NCBI GenBank assembly: GCA_944383515.1
Contig: CALWPV010000026.1
Coordinates: 19,377 to 83,376, forward strand
Source of the DNA: an uncultured Clostridia bacterium
GTDB lineage: Bacteria; Bacillota; Clostridia; Lachnospirales; Bianqueaceae
DNA: 64,000 nt
Direction: 5' to 3'
Positions 18,116 to 28,227 of the stretch are shown here, piece after piece. The number at the start of each line of letters is the position of its first letter. The stretch's first letter is position 1. The position numbers were made by a program, and so were the translations under genes. A model generated the notes under the pieces. That model searched no databases. It saw only the letters and a list, made by a program, of their open reading frames with translations, and was not told where the DNA came from.

Positions 18116-20875
18116 TCACATATCCTGCTCTGTGTCAAGCGAAATCCCATAATAATTTGCAATTATATCGCGAAATACGGGTATCGCATTGGCCGAGCCT
18201 CCCCCATAGGGGATTACCACAGTTGCTACAATTTCAGGGTTTTCATACGACGCGTAACCGGTAAAGAAGGAATGATCCGGACGATCCTTAGCCTCCTGAG
18301 CCGTACCCGTTTTTCCTGCCGTATGAATACCGGCTGCCTCTAATGAAGCAAATTCAGCTGCATGCTCTTCTGTAACAACCAGTCGCATACCTTCTTTAAC
18401 AATTGAAAAAATACTTTCGGAAATTCCTGTATCCGAAGCTTTGACCGGTTCTGTCTGGTACAGCAGCGCCCCGTCAGCAGAATGAATCTCGTCGATCAAA
18501 AACAAATTATACACGCTGCCACCATTCGCTACCGTACAGGTATACCGGTTAACATTAGCGGCCGAAAATGCATTGGTTCCCTGACCAATCGCCGATCTCA
18601 CGGCATCTTGATCCGAAGCCTTCGGCGTTCCTTCGCCAATCTCAATTCCCGTTTGAGTAGAAAGCCCTAAACGCTCCGCATAATCTGCCAGCTTTTTCAA
18701 ACCGACATCGTCATCGAACTCATGATCGGCCGTTGGATCCGATAACCGATACCCAACGTCATAGAAAAAGTAGTTACAGGAATGCTCTAAGGCCGTTACT
18801 ACATTTACTACGCCATGACTGACGGTGCTCCAGCACGTCGGGTGATCCACGCTGTTGACATAGGGATAGGCGTAGTCGTCATACACGGTGGTATATTCGT
18901 CAATATAGCCAAGATCTAACCCGGCAATCGCCGTACACATTTTATAGGTTGAACCAATCGCGCGCATTTCATTTAACGCTCTAAAGGTTAAGGGACCTGA
19001 ATTATCCTGCACAATTTCATTATAATACGCCGTATCACTCAAAAAACGGTTCGGATCAAAGGACGGATAACTAACCATGGCCAAAACCTCTCCTGTGTTA
19101 CAGTCTGTTAACACAGCAGAACCACTGCACGGATCCAGATTCAGATCGGCCGGTGTAATTTCGTCCTCCTCAATTTTCTGAATCAGACAATTAAGAATGG
19201 ACATATTCCCCGACGCAACCGCTTCTCTGCTGCCGTCCTGGTTATGAATTAACTCTTCTTCGTACATTAAATACAGAAAAGAAGACTCCGAGTACAGCTG
19301 ATTTTCAATAATATAGCGATACATACATTTTTTGTAGTCATTGCTGCGGCGCAGATTATCGAACTCTTGCTCAATTATCGTTTGCAAAATAACATCCAGA
19401 TTGGTCTCTTCCTCCAAACCGTAAATATCGCGATGAATATACCCTTGATTAAGACAATACTCTAAGAACGAGCGAATCGTCAAATTCCCCTGGGAGTATT
19501 CACTGTAAAATTCAGTGTCGTTTTGGTAATCATACGTCAAATGCTCGTTATCTCGCATAGATTCAATCATCTGGTTATAAATATCTTGCAAAATTTCCGA
19601 ATACTGACTAAAAATAAGGTTAGAATTTAAAATCGACTCTTCCAACTGCGCAAGCAAATATTCCGACTGCGCTTCATACGTCTGACGAAACGCCGACGCA
19701 TATTCGCCCTGACTTCCTTCGATCGTTTGAATCGAAACAAAATTATTGTCAATCAAGGCACAATACAGGTCGGTCAAACTATATGTCTCCCCGGTAGAAG
19801 AAGACTGGCCAGTAATCTTAGACAGTAACAGATTTTTAATCTGGGCATATAACGCCTCATACGCCTGCTCCTGCAAATCCCGGTCAATCGTTAAAAAGAT
19901 GCTGTTTCCCTGGGTCGCCGGCTCCAAAATTGTCTCATTCACACGGTCTCCCGTATCTCCGTCCAGTTCAATCTGAACCGTCCCGTCTACACCGCGCAGT
20001 TGTTCTTCATAATATAACTCAACGCCGGTCTTTCCAATGGTATCGTTAGCATCATACCCTTGGTCGGCATGTTCCTCCAGCTCCGTCTGATTGATATGGC
20101 CGGCGTAGCCGACAATATGAGCAAACAACTCGCCTTCGGGATACTCTCTTGTGTATTCTGTCTGAACCGTAAAGCCATTGAAATCGCTCCGACGCTCCAT
20201 AATCGCAGCCTGCGTTGTTTCTGAAATATTATCGGCAATTAAAACCGGAACGGTAGGATTAAAACGACCGCAAAAAATAGCATATCGAATTTGCGCCAGC
20301 TCCAGCTGTTTTTCAACAGAATCCATTTGCGGCAGCTCAAACGTATTTTGTACCAGCTGGTTAAACGCCTCTTCGGCCGTAGTCATTTTTTGCTCATAGG
20401 TAAGCGCATCTCGGCTGGTATTATAAATCTCTGCCAGAAAATTATATAAGGCTACTTCATTGCTGCCCACGTCATATTCCGGTAAATAGTAAAAACCCGT
20501 TTTTTCGTCATATCCAATCGGAAACGTCTGTTCTAACGAAATGGAATCCCCGTTGGTTTCCAGAATGTCTAGCAAATACACCAGCGCTTCATTCAGATCC
20601 GGGTGATTCGCATCCGGAAGATAGTATAAAGAAAGAGACTCCGTGTTAATCGCTAAGGGTCTTCCATATCGATCGTAAATGCAGCCTCGAATCCCACTCG
20701 TCGTTTGTTCCTCGTAGGTATTTTCAGCCGCCAGCTCTCGGTACAGATCGGCGTCTAAAATCTGAATCCGGTAAACGCTTGCCCACATAAATGCAAAAAT
20801 ACCGAAAATAAAAACTGTAATTACCGTGATCCGCTTTGACTTTCTCCAACGGCGGCGCTTTCTTTCTTTATTCAC
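18116..20875 (-). CDS. mrdA: class B penicillin-binding protein 2 (elongasome transpeptidase), unusually long at 919 aa
   Basis: It has the SxxK (STYK), SxN (SCN) and KTG (GKTGTA) motifs and an N-terminal TM. It uses a GTG start overlapping the mreD stop. Confidence 0.9.
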   Translation of the reverse strand: MNKERKRRRWRKSKRITVITVFIFGIFAFMWASVYRIQILDADLYRELAAENTYEEQTTSGIRGCIYDRYGRPLAINTESLSLYYLPDANHPDLNEALVYLLDILETNGDSISLEQTFPIGYDEKTGFYYLPEYDVGSNEVALYNFLAEIYNTSRDALTYEQKMTTAEEAFNQLVQNTFELPQMDSVEKQLELAQIRYAIFCGRFNPTVPVLIADNISETTQAAIMERRSDFNGFTVQTEYTREYPEGELFAHIVGYAGHINQTELEEHADQGYDANDTIGKTGVELYYEEQLRGVDGTVQIELDGDTGDRVNETILEPATQGNSIFLTIDRDLQEQAYEALYAQIKNLLLSKITGQSSSTGETYSLTDLYCALIDNNFVSIQTIEGSQGEYASAFRQTYEAQSEYLLAQLEESILNSNLIFSQYSEILQDIYNQMIESMRDNEHLTYDYQNDTEFYSEYSQGNLTIRSFLEYCLNQGYIHRDIYGLEEETNLDVILQTIIEQEFDNLRRSNDYKKCMYRYIIENQLYSESSFLYLMYEEELIHNQDGSREAVASGNMSILNCLIQKIEEDEITPADLNLDPCSGSAVLTDCNTGEVLAMVSYPSFDPNRFLSDTAYYNEIVQDNSGPLTFRALNEMRAIGSTYKMCTAIAGLDLGYIDEYTTVYDDYAYPYVNSVDHPTCWSTVSHGVVNVVTALEHSCNYFFYDVGYRLSDPTADHEFDDDVGLKKLADYAERLGLSTQTGIEIGEGTPKASDQDAVRSAIGQGTNAFSAANVNRYTCTVANGGSVYNLFLIDEIHSADGALLYQTEPVKASDTGISESIFSIVKEGMRLVVTEEHAAEFASLEAAGIHTAGKTGTAQEAKDRPDHSFFTGYASYENPEIVATVVIPYGGGSANAIPVFRDIIANYYGISLDTEQDM

Positions 20876-21398
20876 GCTTCCCTACCTTTCTTAGCTTACT
20901 CATATTGCTGTCGATCTTTTCCGCCATCCGGCTGAGCCAACAAACTAATGGATACAGAATTACACTGATCATGGCGGTATAACACATTTCCGGTAAAATT
21001 CTGTGAAGCAAATAATACCCTATTGCCAAATCCCCGGCAAAAAAACAATATACTAGATATTGCAAAAACCCATATATCAAATCAGCCCCGGCAACAATGA
21101 GAAGAGGTAAAATCGCATGGCTTTGGTAGAAGTCCTTTTGAAAATAGCCACTACTATGTCCCAGCAAATAATAGACCATACCGTAAAAACCTATATAGCG
21201 GCAAAACAAAAAATCCTGCAAAAGCCCTAAGGCAAGCCCCAGATATCGTCCGCGCCTACTCCCTTTCAGAAGGCCCCATAGCACCACAAAAATCAAGGTT
21301 AAATTAGGCGTAATCGAAGCCAGCTCTGCATAATGCAGCCAGGTTCCTTCGCCTAATAACAGTAGAAATCCTATGACTCCTGCTAATAGCTGACTCAT
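20868..21398 (-). CDS. mreD: rod shape-determining protein MreD
   Basis: It is a small polytopic membrane protein in the mreC-mreD-mrdA position. Its start overlaps the mreC stop. Confidence 0.8.
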   Translation of the reverse strand: MSQLLAGVIGFLLLLGEGTWLHYAELASITPNLTLIFVVLWGLLKGSRRGRYLGLALGLLQDFLFCRYIGFYGMVYYLLGHSSGYFQKDFYQSHAILPLLIVAGADLIYGFLQYLVYCFFAGDLAIGYYLLHRILPEMCYTAMISVILYPLVCWLSRMAEKIDSNMSKLRKVGKRE

Positions 21399-22324
21399 GA
21401 TACCGCTCCGCTCTCCGCGCCTCCTTCTTGCACTTCGTCATGCATGTCCTGTTTCCAGATTTCCGTAATAACAAGCACGGTATCCATCTGCTCCAAATCC
21501 ACTTCGGGGCGCACATAAGCAACGCTTTCGTATCCCGTTTCCAGCGGCTGAATATCGACAACCGTACCAATGTGTAATCCGGGCGGATAAATATCGCCCA
21601 GTGCCGAAGTCACAATTTCATCGCCCACCGTAATATCGACATCATTGGTGACAAACTGAATCATACACAGCTCTTCATAGCCTGTTTCCGTCTGCGAAGC
21701 CTGATTGGTTCTTGTTCCTTGCACCGCAACCAGATCTCCGTTTTTACGATTGATCTGACCATAGATATAGCTGCTTTCGTGTATCACGGAGACAACATAC
21801 GAATAGTGCTCGTAAACCTCACTGACATGACCGGCTAATCCTCCACCGGCTAAAACAGGCATATACTCTTCAATACCGTCGGCACTGCCCTTATCAATAA
21901 TAAACGATTCATACCAGTTGTTAGGAGATAGGCTGATAATCTGGGCCCCTGTTTTGGGGTAGTCGCGATAATAGCTATCTAGCTCATACAGTTCTTCTAA
22001 TTCTTCTACCCGCCTAGCGTCATTTTGCAGCTGCAAGTTTTCATTTTGCAGCCGCGTAAGCTCTTCTTGTAACCGTGAATTTTCCTGCTCTAGGGCGTCT
22101 CTGCTTTGAAAATTATCGAATACGTCCTGAAACCAATTACCAACCGATACGTAAACCTTTTGAATGGGCTGTGCAACATAATTTAAGGCATTGCGAACAG
22201 GCTCAAAGCGCTGTCCTAAAAACCAAGAAGCAACCAACAAAACTAAACAACAAGAAATGCCAATCAGCAGTTTGGTTCTGACCGTTAGCTTTTTTCTTTC
22301 TCTTTTTTTCTTTTCTTCTTGCAT
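21395..22324 (-). CDS. mreC: rod shape-determining protein MreC
   Basis: It has an N-terminal TM, a coiled coil (LQEELTRLQNENLQLQ) and beta-barrel domains. Confidence 0.9.
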   Translation of the reverse strand: MQEEKKKRERKKLTVRTKLLIGISCCLVLLVASWFLGQRFEPVRNALNYVAQPIQKVYVSVGNWFQDVFDNFQSRDALEQENSRLQEELTRLQNENLQLQNDARRVEELEELYELDSYYRDYPKTGAQIISLSPNNWYESFIIDKGSADGIEEYMPVLAGGGLAGHVSEVYEHYSYVVSVIHESSYIYGQINRKNGDLVAVQGTRTNQASQTETGYEELCMIQFVTNDVDITVGDEIVTSALGDIYPPGLHIGTVVDIQPLETGYESVAYVRPEVDLEQMDTVLVITEIWKQDMHDEVQEGGAESGAVS

Positions 22325-22333
22325 TGTAAACCC

Positions 22334-23365
22334 TTAGTGCATAATACGAGCCGGAACTAAAACATTTTTTAAGTGCTCTAAATCTTCCAAAACAGCGCCG
22401 GTTCCGTTGGCTACACAGTCCAGCGGATTGTCGGCGATATTAACCATCATACCTGTATTTTTTTCAATAATTACATCAAGTCCCTTTAATAAAGCCCCGC
22501 CGCCGGTTAACATAATACCGGCGTCCATAATATCGGCCGCCAGCTCGGGCGGTGTTTTTTCTAATGTTGCCTTAACCGCCTCGACCATGGCCATAACCGG
22601 GTCATACAGCGCGTCGGCAACCTGAAAATTATTCACTTCAATGGTACGCGGCAGTCCGGTAATCACGTCTCGCCCTTTAATGGTCATGCGCTCTTCCGGC
22701 GTGGTTTCGTCAACATACGCCGTACCGATGGTCATTTTCATTTGCTCCGCAGTGCGTTCTCCGATCATAAGGTTAAACGACCTTTTTACATAGGCAACAA
22801 TCGCTTCATCCATGGCATCGCCGGCAATGCGCAGCGATTTACTGGTCACAATACCTCCTAGAGAGATCACCGCTACCTCGGTGGTACCGCCGCCAATATC
22901 AACCACCATGTTCCCCATGGCATTTTCTACCGGCATACCGGCGCCAATGGCGGCAGCCATAGGTTCTTCAATGAGATACGTTCCCTTCTCGCTGGAGCCC
23001 GCCTGCAAAGAGACGTCAATAATGGCCCGGCGCTCTACTTCTGTAATGCCATAGGGAATGCAAATAATTAAATTCGGTTTACGGCCCACTTTCTGTTTTA
23101 CAACTTTACGGATAAAATATTGCAGCATGGCCTTGGTTGTCGTATAATCGGCTATCACGCCATCTTTCATCGGTCGCACCGCTACAATATTGCCAGGGGT
23201 ACGGCCGATCATGCGTTTGGCCTCGTCTCCCACAGCCACGACTTCTTTTGTATCGTTATTAAATGCAACAACAGAAGGTTCATTGGCAATAATGCCCGAA
23301 CCCTTCAAAAAGACCAGCGTATTGGCAGTCCCCAAATCAATTCCTAACCCTTTTTGAAAAAACAT
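22334..23365 (-). CDS. mreB: actin-like protein MreB
   Basis: It contains [11 protein letters not shown] and [11 protein letters not shown], with MreB-like sequence across its full length. Confidence 0.97.
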   Translation of the reverse strand: MFFQKGLGIDLGTANTLVFLKGSGIIANEPSVVAFNNDTKEVVAVGDEAKRMIGRTPGNIVAVRPMKDGVIADYTTTKAMLQYFIRKVVKQKVGRKPNLIICIPYGITEVERRAIIDVSLQAGSSEKGTYLIEEPMAAAIGAGMPVENAMGNMVVDIGGGTTEVAVISLGGIVTSKSLRIAGDAMDEAIVAYVKRSFNLMIGERTAEQMKMTIGTAYVDETTPEERMTIKGRDVITGLPRTIEVNNFQVADALYDPVMAMVEAVKATLEKTPPELAADIMDAGIMLTGGGALLKGLDVIIEKNTGMMVNIADNPLDCVANGTGAVLEDLEHLKNVLVPARIMH

Positions 23366-23387
23366 TGCTTACCTCCGTAATCTCTCT

Positions 23388-24095
23388 CTATTGCATCTTT
23401 TGATGCTCTTTAAATGAATAATATTTTCCATTTCCTAGTACCAGATGATCCAGCATAGGAATGTCCATGAGTTTCGCTGCCCGTTTCAACTGATCCGTTA
23501 GCAAAATATCGTTCAGACTGGGTTCCGGATTCCCACTGGGGTGATTGTGTATTAAAATGAAAGCATATGCTCCCATTTCCCAAACACTTTGAAAAACCTC
23601 CCGCGGGCTAATCAACGATTGATTCATGGTTCCCTGTGTTAAATTGCGATCTCCCAGAAGCTGCATTTTAGCGTTAAAATAAACTATTTTAATGACTTCT
23701 CTGGTTAAATACCGCATTTCTTCCATATAAAGCTGAACGATGGCCGCCGGAGAATCCACGGTTAACCGCGGCACCGCCTGCTGGTGACTGGCTCTTCGCA
23801 CAAGCTCGGCCAGCGCTCTAATCTGAATGGCCTTTACCCGGCCGACTCCTTTAAAGCTTCTCAGACTGGTCAGCGGCTGTTGCAGTAGCGCAACCAGTGG
23901 ACTCTGCCCTTTTGTCGGAATGGAACTCAGAATCCGTAAAGACAGATCCAGCGCTTTTTCACCCGCCGAACCGGTACGAAGCAAAATGGCTAACAGCTGT
24001 GCATCCGTCAGGGCCGCCTCGCCTTTAGCTTCTAACAACTCATAAGGCCGCTCTGAAAGCGGAAGCTCTTTCATGGTAACGGTTTGATTTTTCAT
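23388..24095 (-). CDS. radC: RadC-family JAMM domain protein
   Basis: It has the HNHPSGNPEPS JAMM motif and an N-terminal HhH domain. It occupies the conserved position upstream of mreB. Confidence 0.9.
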   Translation of the reverse strand: MKNQTVTMKELPLSERPYELLEAKGEAALTDAQLLAILLRTGSAGEKALDLSLRILSSIPTKGQSPLVALLQQPLTSLRSFKGVGRVKAIQIRALAELVRRASHQQAVPRLTVDSPAAIVQLYMEEMRYLTREVIKIVYFNAKMQLLGDRNLTQGTMNQSLISPREVFQSVWEMGAYAFILIHNHPSGNPEPSLNDILLTDQLKRAAKLMDIPMLDHLVLGNGKYYSFKEHQKMQ

Positions 24096-24258
24096 AGAAA
24101 CCCTTTCCGGACACTAGTCCTAGGGCCTCTTTTCTTGCGGTAAATTGTATTTTTATATGGATACCTCGCATTTTTGCATGCTACGCATGCTGGCATGATA
24201 TCTCCTCTATATTAGAATTAGCGAAATCTGGAATTTTATACCGACGACTTCCTGTACC

Positions 24259-24513
24259 TTATATTTTGCGATAAATCAGTATCGCTAGAAAAATACCGAT
24301 AATGGATGCCAGATTGATACTAAACTGAAATCCAAAGGTTAATTGAATGATGCTTAAATTTAGGGTTACCGTTTCCAGGCCAAAGGTTTTGCCGTAAGAC
24401 AACCAGGTAAGGAAGTCATAGCCGCCTAACCAGTCCCCAATAAAACCACCTATAACAATGCCTGCAAAAATAAATAAAAAAAGTGTAAGTGTACTTTTTC
24501 CTCTTACCGCCAC
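24259..24513 (-). CDS. DUF4321-family small membrane protein
   Basis: It uses a GTG start 8 nt after GGAGG. It contains VAVRGKSTLTLFLFIFAGIVIGGFIGDWLG, typical of the family. Confidence 0.7.
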   Translation of the reverse strand: MAVRGKSTLTLFLFIFAGIVIGGFIGDWLGGYDFLTWLSYGKTFGLETVTLNLSIIQLTFGFQFSINLASIIGIFLAILIYRKI

Positions 24514-24651
24514 AATCGTTCCCTCCGTATATAAAACATAAACTCTTTTGTTTGTATCGGGTGTATAACATAATCCAGATCGGATCATTCCTATTTTACC
24601 ATGATTTGCCTGGTTTGTATACCGCCAAAACAAGAACTTTTTGAAAAAATG

Positions 24652-24678
24652 AGGCGGCATAGAATCTCTATGCCACCT
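24652..24678 (-). terminator. intrinsic terminator after rnfB
   Basis: The stem GGTGGCATAG/CTATGCCGCC is followed on the minus strand by CATTTTTTC. Confidence 0.7.
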
Positions 24679-24685
24679 GATATTT

Positions 24686-25492
24686 TTATGCTTCCTGGGT
24701 TACCCTGTGCAAAGCGGAAACAGGACATTTTTCAGCGCAAGCGCCGCAACCGGTGCAGAGCGCCGCGTCAATCTTCGGTAGGTTATTTACCATTTGAATT
24801 GCCTTGGCCTCACAACTGCGAACGCATAAGCCGCAGGCAATACATCCGGCTTCACAAACCATTTTAACGTCTTTTCCCCGCTCTGCATTTGCACAGGCCA
24901 GCCGTACCTTTGTGTCTTTGGGAATTAAAGAAATCAAATGCTTGGGGCATTCCTTAACACACCGCCCGCAGGCTTTACAATTTGCCTCGTCTACAACCGC
25001 AACTCCCTGTATCACATGAATGGCGTCGAAAGGACAAACCTGTTCGCAGCTGCCAAACCCCAGGCAACCATAGGCACAGGCCTTCTGGCCCCCTCCCGGC
25101 AGCATAGCCGCTTCCCGGCAGCTTAAAACGCCATGATACTGAAATCGATCGGAAGTCGCTTCGCAGGTTCCACTGCAATGAACAAAAGCAACTTGGGGAG
25201 CCTCCTGCACGGTTTCCACCCCCAATATGGTACTCATCGCCTGGGTGCAGGCACTGCCGCCTACCGGACATTTGCCTGGCTGCGCCTCGCCGCTGGCCAC
25301 CGCCCGCGCATAGGCATCGCAGCCGGCAAAACCGCATCCGCCGCAGTTCGCCCCCGGTAGTACATCCCGCAGCTTGGGAAACAACGGATCTTCCGGAACA
25401 GCAAATTTTTTTGAAGCAAAGCCAAGTAAAGAACCAAAGATTACTCCAAGCACCCCCAAAATAACAAGGGGAATTAGAATCTGAATGATCAT
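24686..25492 (-). CDS. rnfB: Rnf electron transport complex subunit B
   Basis: It has an N-terminal TM, a CGGCG cluster motif and multiple CxxCxxCxxxCP ferredoxin motifs. Confidence 0.92.
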   Translation of the reverse strand: MIIQILIPLVILGVLGVIFGSLLGFASKKFAVPEDPLFPKLRDVLPGANCGGCGFAGCDAYARAVASGEAQPGKCPVGGSACTQAMSTILGVETVQEAPQVAFVHCSGTCEATSDRFQYHGVLSCREAAMLPGGGQKACAYGCLGFGSCEQVCPFDAIHVIQGVAVVDEANCKACGRCVKECPKHLISLIPKDTKVRLACANAERGKDVKMVCEAGCIACGLCVRSCEAKAIQMVNNLPKIDAALCTGCGACAEKCPVSALHRVTQEA

Positions 25493-25503
25493 GCTCTCCC
25501 TCC

Positions 25504-26079
25504 TTACACTAATCCTTGGAATCCAAGGAAGGCAATGGCCATTAAGCCGGCAGAAATCAGCGCAATCGGAAAGCCCTCAAAACAAGATAAAATTCGGTTG
25601 TGAGCGGTACGTTCCCGAATCCCTGCAAACAAAACGATACCCATCATAAACCCTAGCCCTCCGGCAAAACCATTGATAATACTCTCTACCAGATTATAGC
25701 CAGACTGCATATTCAGCACCGCAACGCCCAGCACAGCACAGTTCGTTGTAATAAGCGGCAAATAAACGCCTAAAGAAGAATACAAAGCCGGACTAATTTT
25801 CTGAATGACCATTTCAACAAATTGTACCAGGGATGCAATCACCAAAATAAAGACAATCGTATACAGGTACTCCTTCTCCAGCGGCACCAAAATTAACGTA
25901 TACGCCAAATTAGAAAACGCAGAAGCCACCGTCATAACAAAAGTAACGGCCAGTCCCATACCTACCGCCGAATCCAGCTTTTTAGAAACCCCCAAAAACG
26001 GACAAATTCCCATAAACTGTGACATTACAAAGTTATTGACAAAGACCGAGCTAATAATAATAGTAAGTATCGATGCCAT
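25504..26079 (-). CDS. rnfA: Rnf complex subunit A
   Basis: It is a 191-aa polytopic membrane protein containing GICPFLG, typical of the RnfA/NqrE family. Confidence 0.93.
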   Translation of the reverse strand: MASILTIIISSVFVNNFVMSQFMGICPFLGVSKKLDSAVGMGLAVTFVMTVASAFSNLAYTLILVPLEKEYLYTIVFILVIASLVQFVEMVIQKISPALYSSLGVYLPLITTNCAVLGVAVLNMQSGYNLVESIINGFAGGLGFMMGIVLFAGIRERTAHNRILSCFEGFPIALISAGLMAIAFLGFQGLV

Positions 26080-26082
26080 GTC

Positions 26083-26712
26083 TTATTCCTCCTTTGCTAC
26101 GTCAGACTTCCGTTTTTCCATTTTTTTCCGCACAGCGGTAAAAACGGCGAGTAAAATACCCAGGGCGAAAAAGGCGCCGGGGGCCATAACCATGATTACG
26201 GCCGGCTGATAGGAAGATGGCATAATCTGCAAGCCGAAAATCTGGCCTGCGCCTAAAATTTCACGTACGGCTCCCAACAAGGTGAGCGCCAGCGTAAAAC
26301 CAAGTCCCATACCTAGACCGTCGAGTAAGGAGTCAAGAGGGCCATGTTTAGACGCATACGCCTCAGCCCGGCCCAAGATAATGCAGTTTACCACAATTAA
26401 CGGAATAAATAAGCCCAGGCTTTGGTAGAGCGTATCATAAAACATAGCCTGTAAAAATAGATCAATGACCGTAACAAACGACGCGATAATGACAATAAAT
26501 GCAGGAATTCGGATTTTATCCGGAATTACTTTGCGCAGCAAAGAAATAACCAGATTCGATCCCATTAACACTACTAAAACAGATAATCCCATGCCTAAAC
26601 CATTCATGGCCGAAGTGGTTGTCGCCAAGGTGGGACACATGCCCAAAACCTGAACAAATGTCGGGTTCTCTGTAATGACACCTCTTTTAATGTGCTCTGA
26701 TAATTTAGCCAT
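26083..26712 (-). CDS. rnfE: Rnf complex subunit E
   Basis: It belongs to the RnfE/NqrD family (NPTFVQVLGMCPTLA). I prefer ATG 26712 after GAGAGGTG over the GTG at 26721. Confidence 0.9.
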   Translation of the reverse strand: MAKLSEHIKRGVITENPTFVQVLGMCPTLATTTSAMNGLGMGLSVLVVLMGSNLVISLLRKVIPDKIRIPAFIVIIASFVTVIDLFLQAMFYDTLYQSLGLFIPLIVVNCIILGRAEAYASKHGPLDSLLDGLGMGLGFTLALTLLGAVREILGAGQIFGLQIMPSSYQPAVIMVMAPGAFFALGILLAVFTAVRKKMEKRKSDVAKEE

Positions 26713-27274
26713 CCGATTCACCTCTCAGATATTCATTAAAATACGTAAAGGCCCGGTTAACGCCGGCCGTGACTCCATTGGTGGTTTTTGTCGCGCCAGA
26801 AATGGCATCGATCTCTGCTTCAGACTGCGCTCCCGTTTTCGTAACCGTTAGCTGCATATCCGCGCTTTTACCAATATACTGGCTTAAAAACGACTCTTCT
26901 GCCGCTTTAGAGCCTAGTCCCGGCGTTTCTGAATGGCTAATCACCTCAACGCCTGTTACCATACCGTCGTGATCTAACCCAACGGCCATCTCAATATCGT
27001 CGCCGGCATAGCCTTTGGCTAAAACCTTAATTGCATATCCCTGATCGGATTCGTATACTTCTAAAATATCTGTCTGCTGTGAAGCATCGACCGAAAGCGG
27101 CGTTAACTGCTCTGCATTAGGAAGTACCTTCTGATAGGCCTCTTGATTGACCGATGCTTTCTTTTCAGCAATCAGATCTTTGGTCGTTTCGTAGGCAACG
27201 CCTAAAAAAAGACCTGCGATTGCACAAATAAGAAGCAGCACCAATCCCATTTTAGCTACCAATGATTGTTTCAT
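26705..27274 (-). CDS. rnfG: Rnf complex subunit G (FMN-binding)
   Basis: It has an N-terminal TM and the FMN attachment motif SGATKTT. Confidence 0.9.
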   Translation of the reverse strand: MKQSLVAKMGLVLLLICAIAGLFLGVAYETTKDLIAEKKASVNQEAYQKVLPNAEQLTPLSVDASQQTDILEVYESDQGYAIKVLAKGYAGDDIEMAVGLDHDGMVTGVEVISHSETPGLGSKAAEESFLSQYIGKSADMQLTVTKTGAQSEAEIDAISGATKTTNGVTAGVNRAFTYFNEYLRGESDG

Positions 27275-28227
27275 GACTGCTTCTCCTCCTTTTTCTTAAA
27301 GAAAGACGATTTCTCCGTACCAAAAACGCGTGGCATAGTGAAACGATCAATGAGCGGTACACAGATATTCATGAGTAGAATCGAAAAAGAAACTCCTTCC
27401 GGATATCCGCCGTAAAAACGAATGAGTACGGTCAAAATGCCACACCCTATTCCCATAATACACTGTCCCTTAGCGTTCATGGGCGAAGTGGTATAATCGG
27501 TAGCCATGAAAAAAGCTCCCAGCATAAGACCACCGGTTAAAATTTGATACAGTCCGTCTCCTCCTAATACGTAAGAAAGAACAAATACGGTACCAATATA
27601 CGAAAGAGGAATAACGAAAGAAATGACTTTACGCCAGATCAAATATAAGCCGCCTAGTAAAATAAGCAGCTTGGACGTCTCACCCAAGCACCCGGGAATC
27701 ACACCTAAAAAACAGCCCAGATAGCTGGGAACCATGGATTCTTCACCTGACTGTAAATAGGCCAGAGGGGTAGCAACGGTTACTCCGTCTACCTGAAAGG
27801 TTACCATGGCAGAAGACCATGCCACTAACAAGAAGCAGCGGGCCGCCAAAGCCGGGTTCATAAAATTTTGTCCGATCCCGCCGAAAATTTGCTTTACAAT
27901 AATAATGGCAAAGGCAGATCCTATTATGGGCATCCACCAAGGAACACTCGCAGGCAGATTAAAGGCTAGCAGCATACCCGTTACCACGGCGCTCCAGTCC
28001 GAAATCGTAACCTTCTGTTTAGTGAGCTTTTGCCAAATCCATTCTGATAATACCGCAGAAGCAACCGATAATCCGGTAATCAATAAGACTCGCCAGCCAA
28101 AATATAAAACAGAAAAAATTAAAATGGGGATCATGGCGAAAATAACATCGCGCATAATCGAAGCCGTGGAATGCGCAGCCCGCTGGTGCGGTGAAGTCGA
28201 CGCGCTAAGAATGCCTTCTTTAGCCAT
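27271..28227 (-). CDS. rnfD: Rnf complex subunit D
   Basis: It belongs to the RnfD/NqrB family, with a polytopic membrane region and the flavinylation region FFMATDYTTSP. Confidence 0.92.
   Translation of the reverse strand: MAKEGILSASTSPHQRAAHSTASIMRDVIFAMIPILIFSVLYFGWRVLLITGLSVASAVLSEWIWQKLTKQKVTISDWSAVVTGMLLAFNLPASVPWWMPIIGSAFAIIIVKQIFGGIGQNFMNPALAARCFLLVAWSSAMVTFQVDGVTVATPLAYLQSGEESMVPSYLGCFLGVIPGCLGETSKLLILLGGLYLIWRKVISFVIPLSYIGTVFVLSYVLGGDGLYQILTGGLMLGAFFMATDYTTSPMNAKGQCIMGIGCGILTVLIRFYGGYPEGVSFSILLMNICVPLIDRFTMPRVFGTEKSSFFKKKEEKQS

Noticed and set aside
23388-24095. RadC/JAMM protein as part of a mobile or anti-restriction module.
   Set aside because: It sits in the conserved housekeeping position directly upstream of mreBCD, on the same strand with a short gap. 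No mobile-element context is present.
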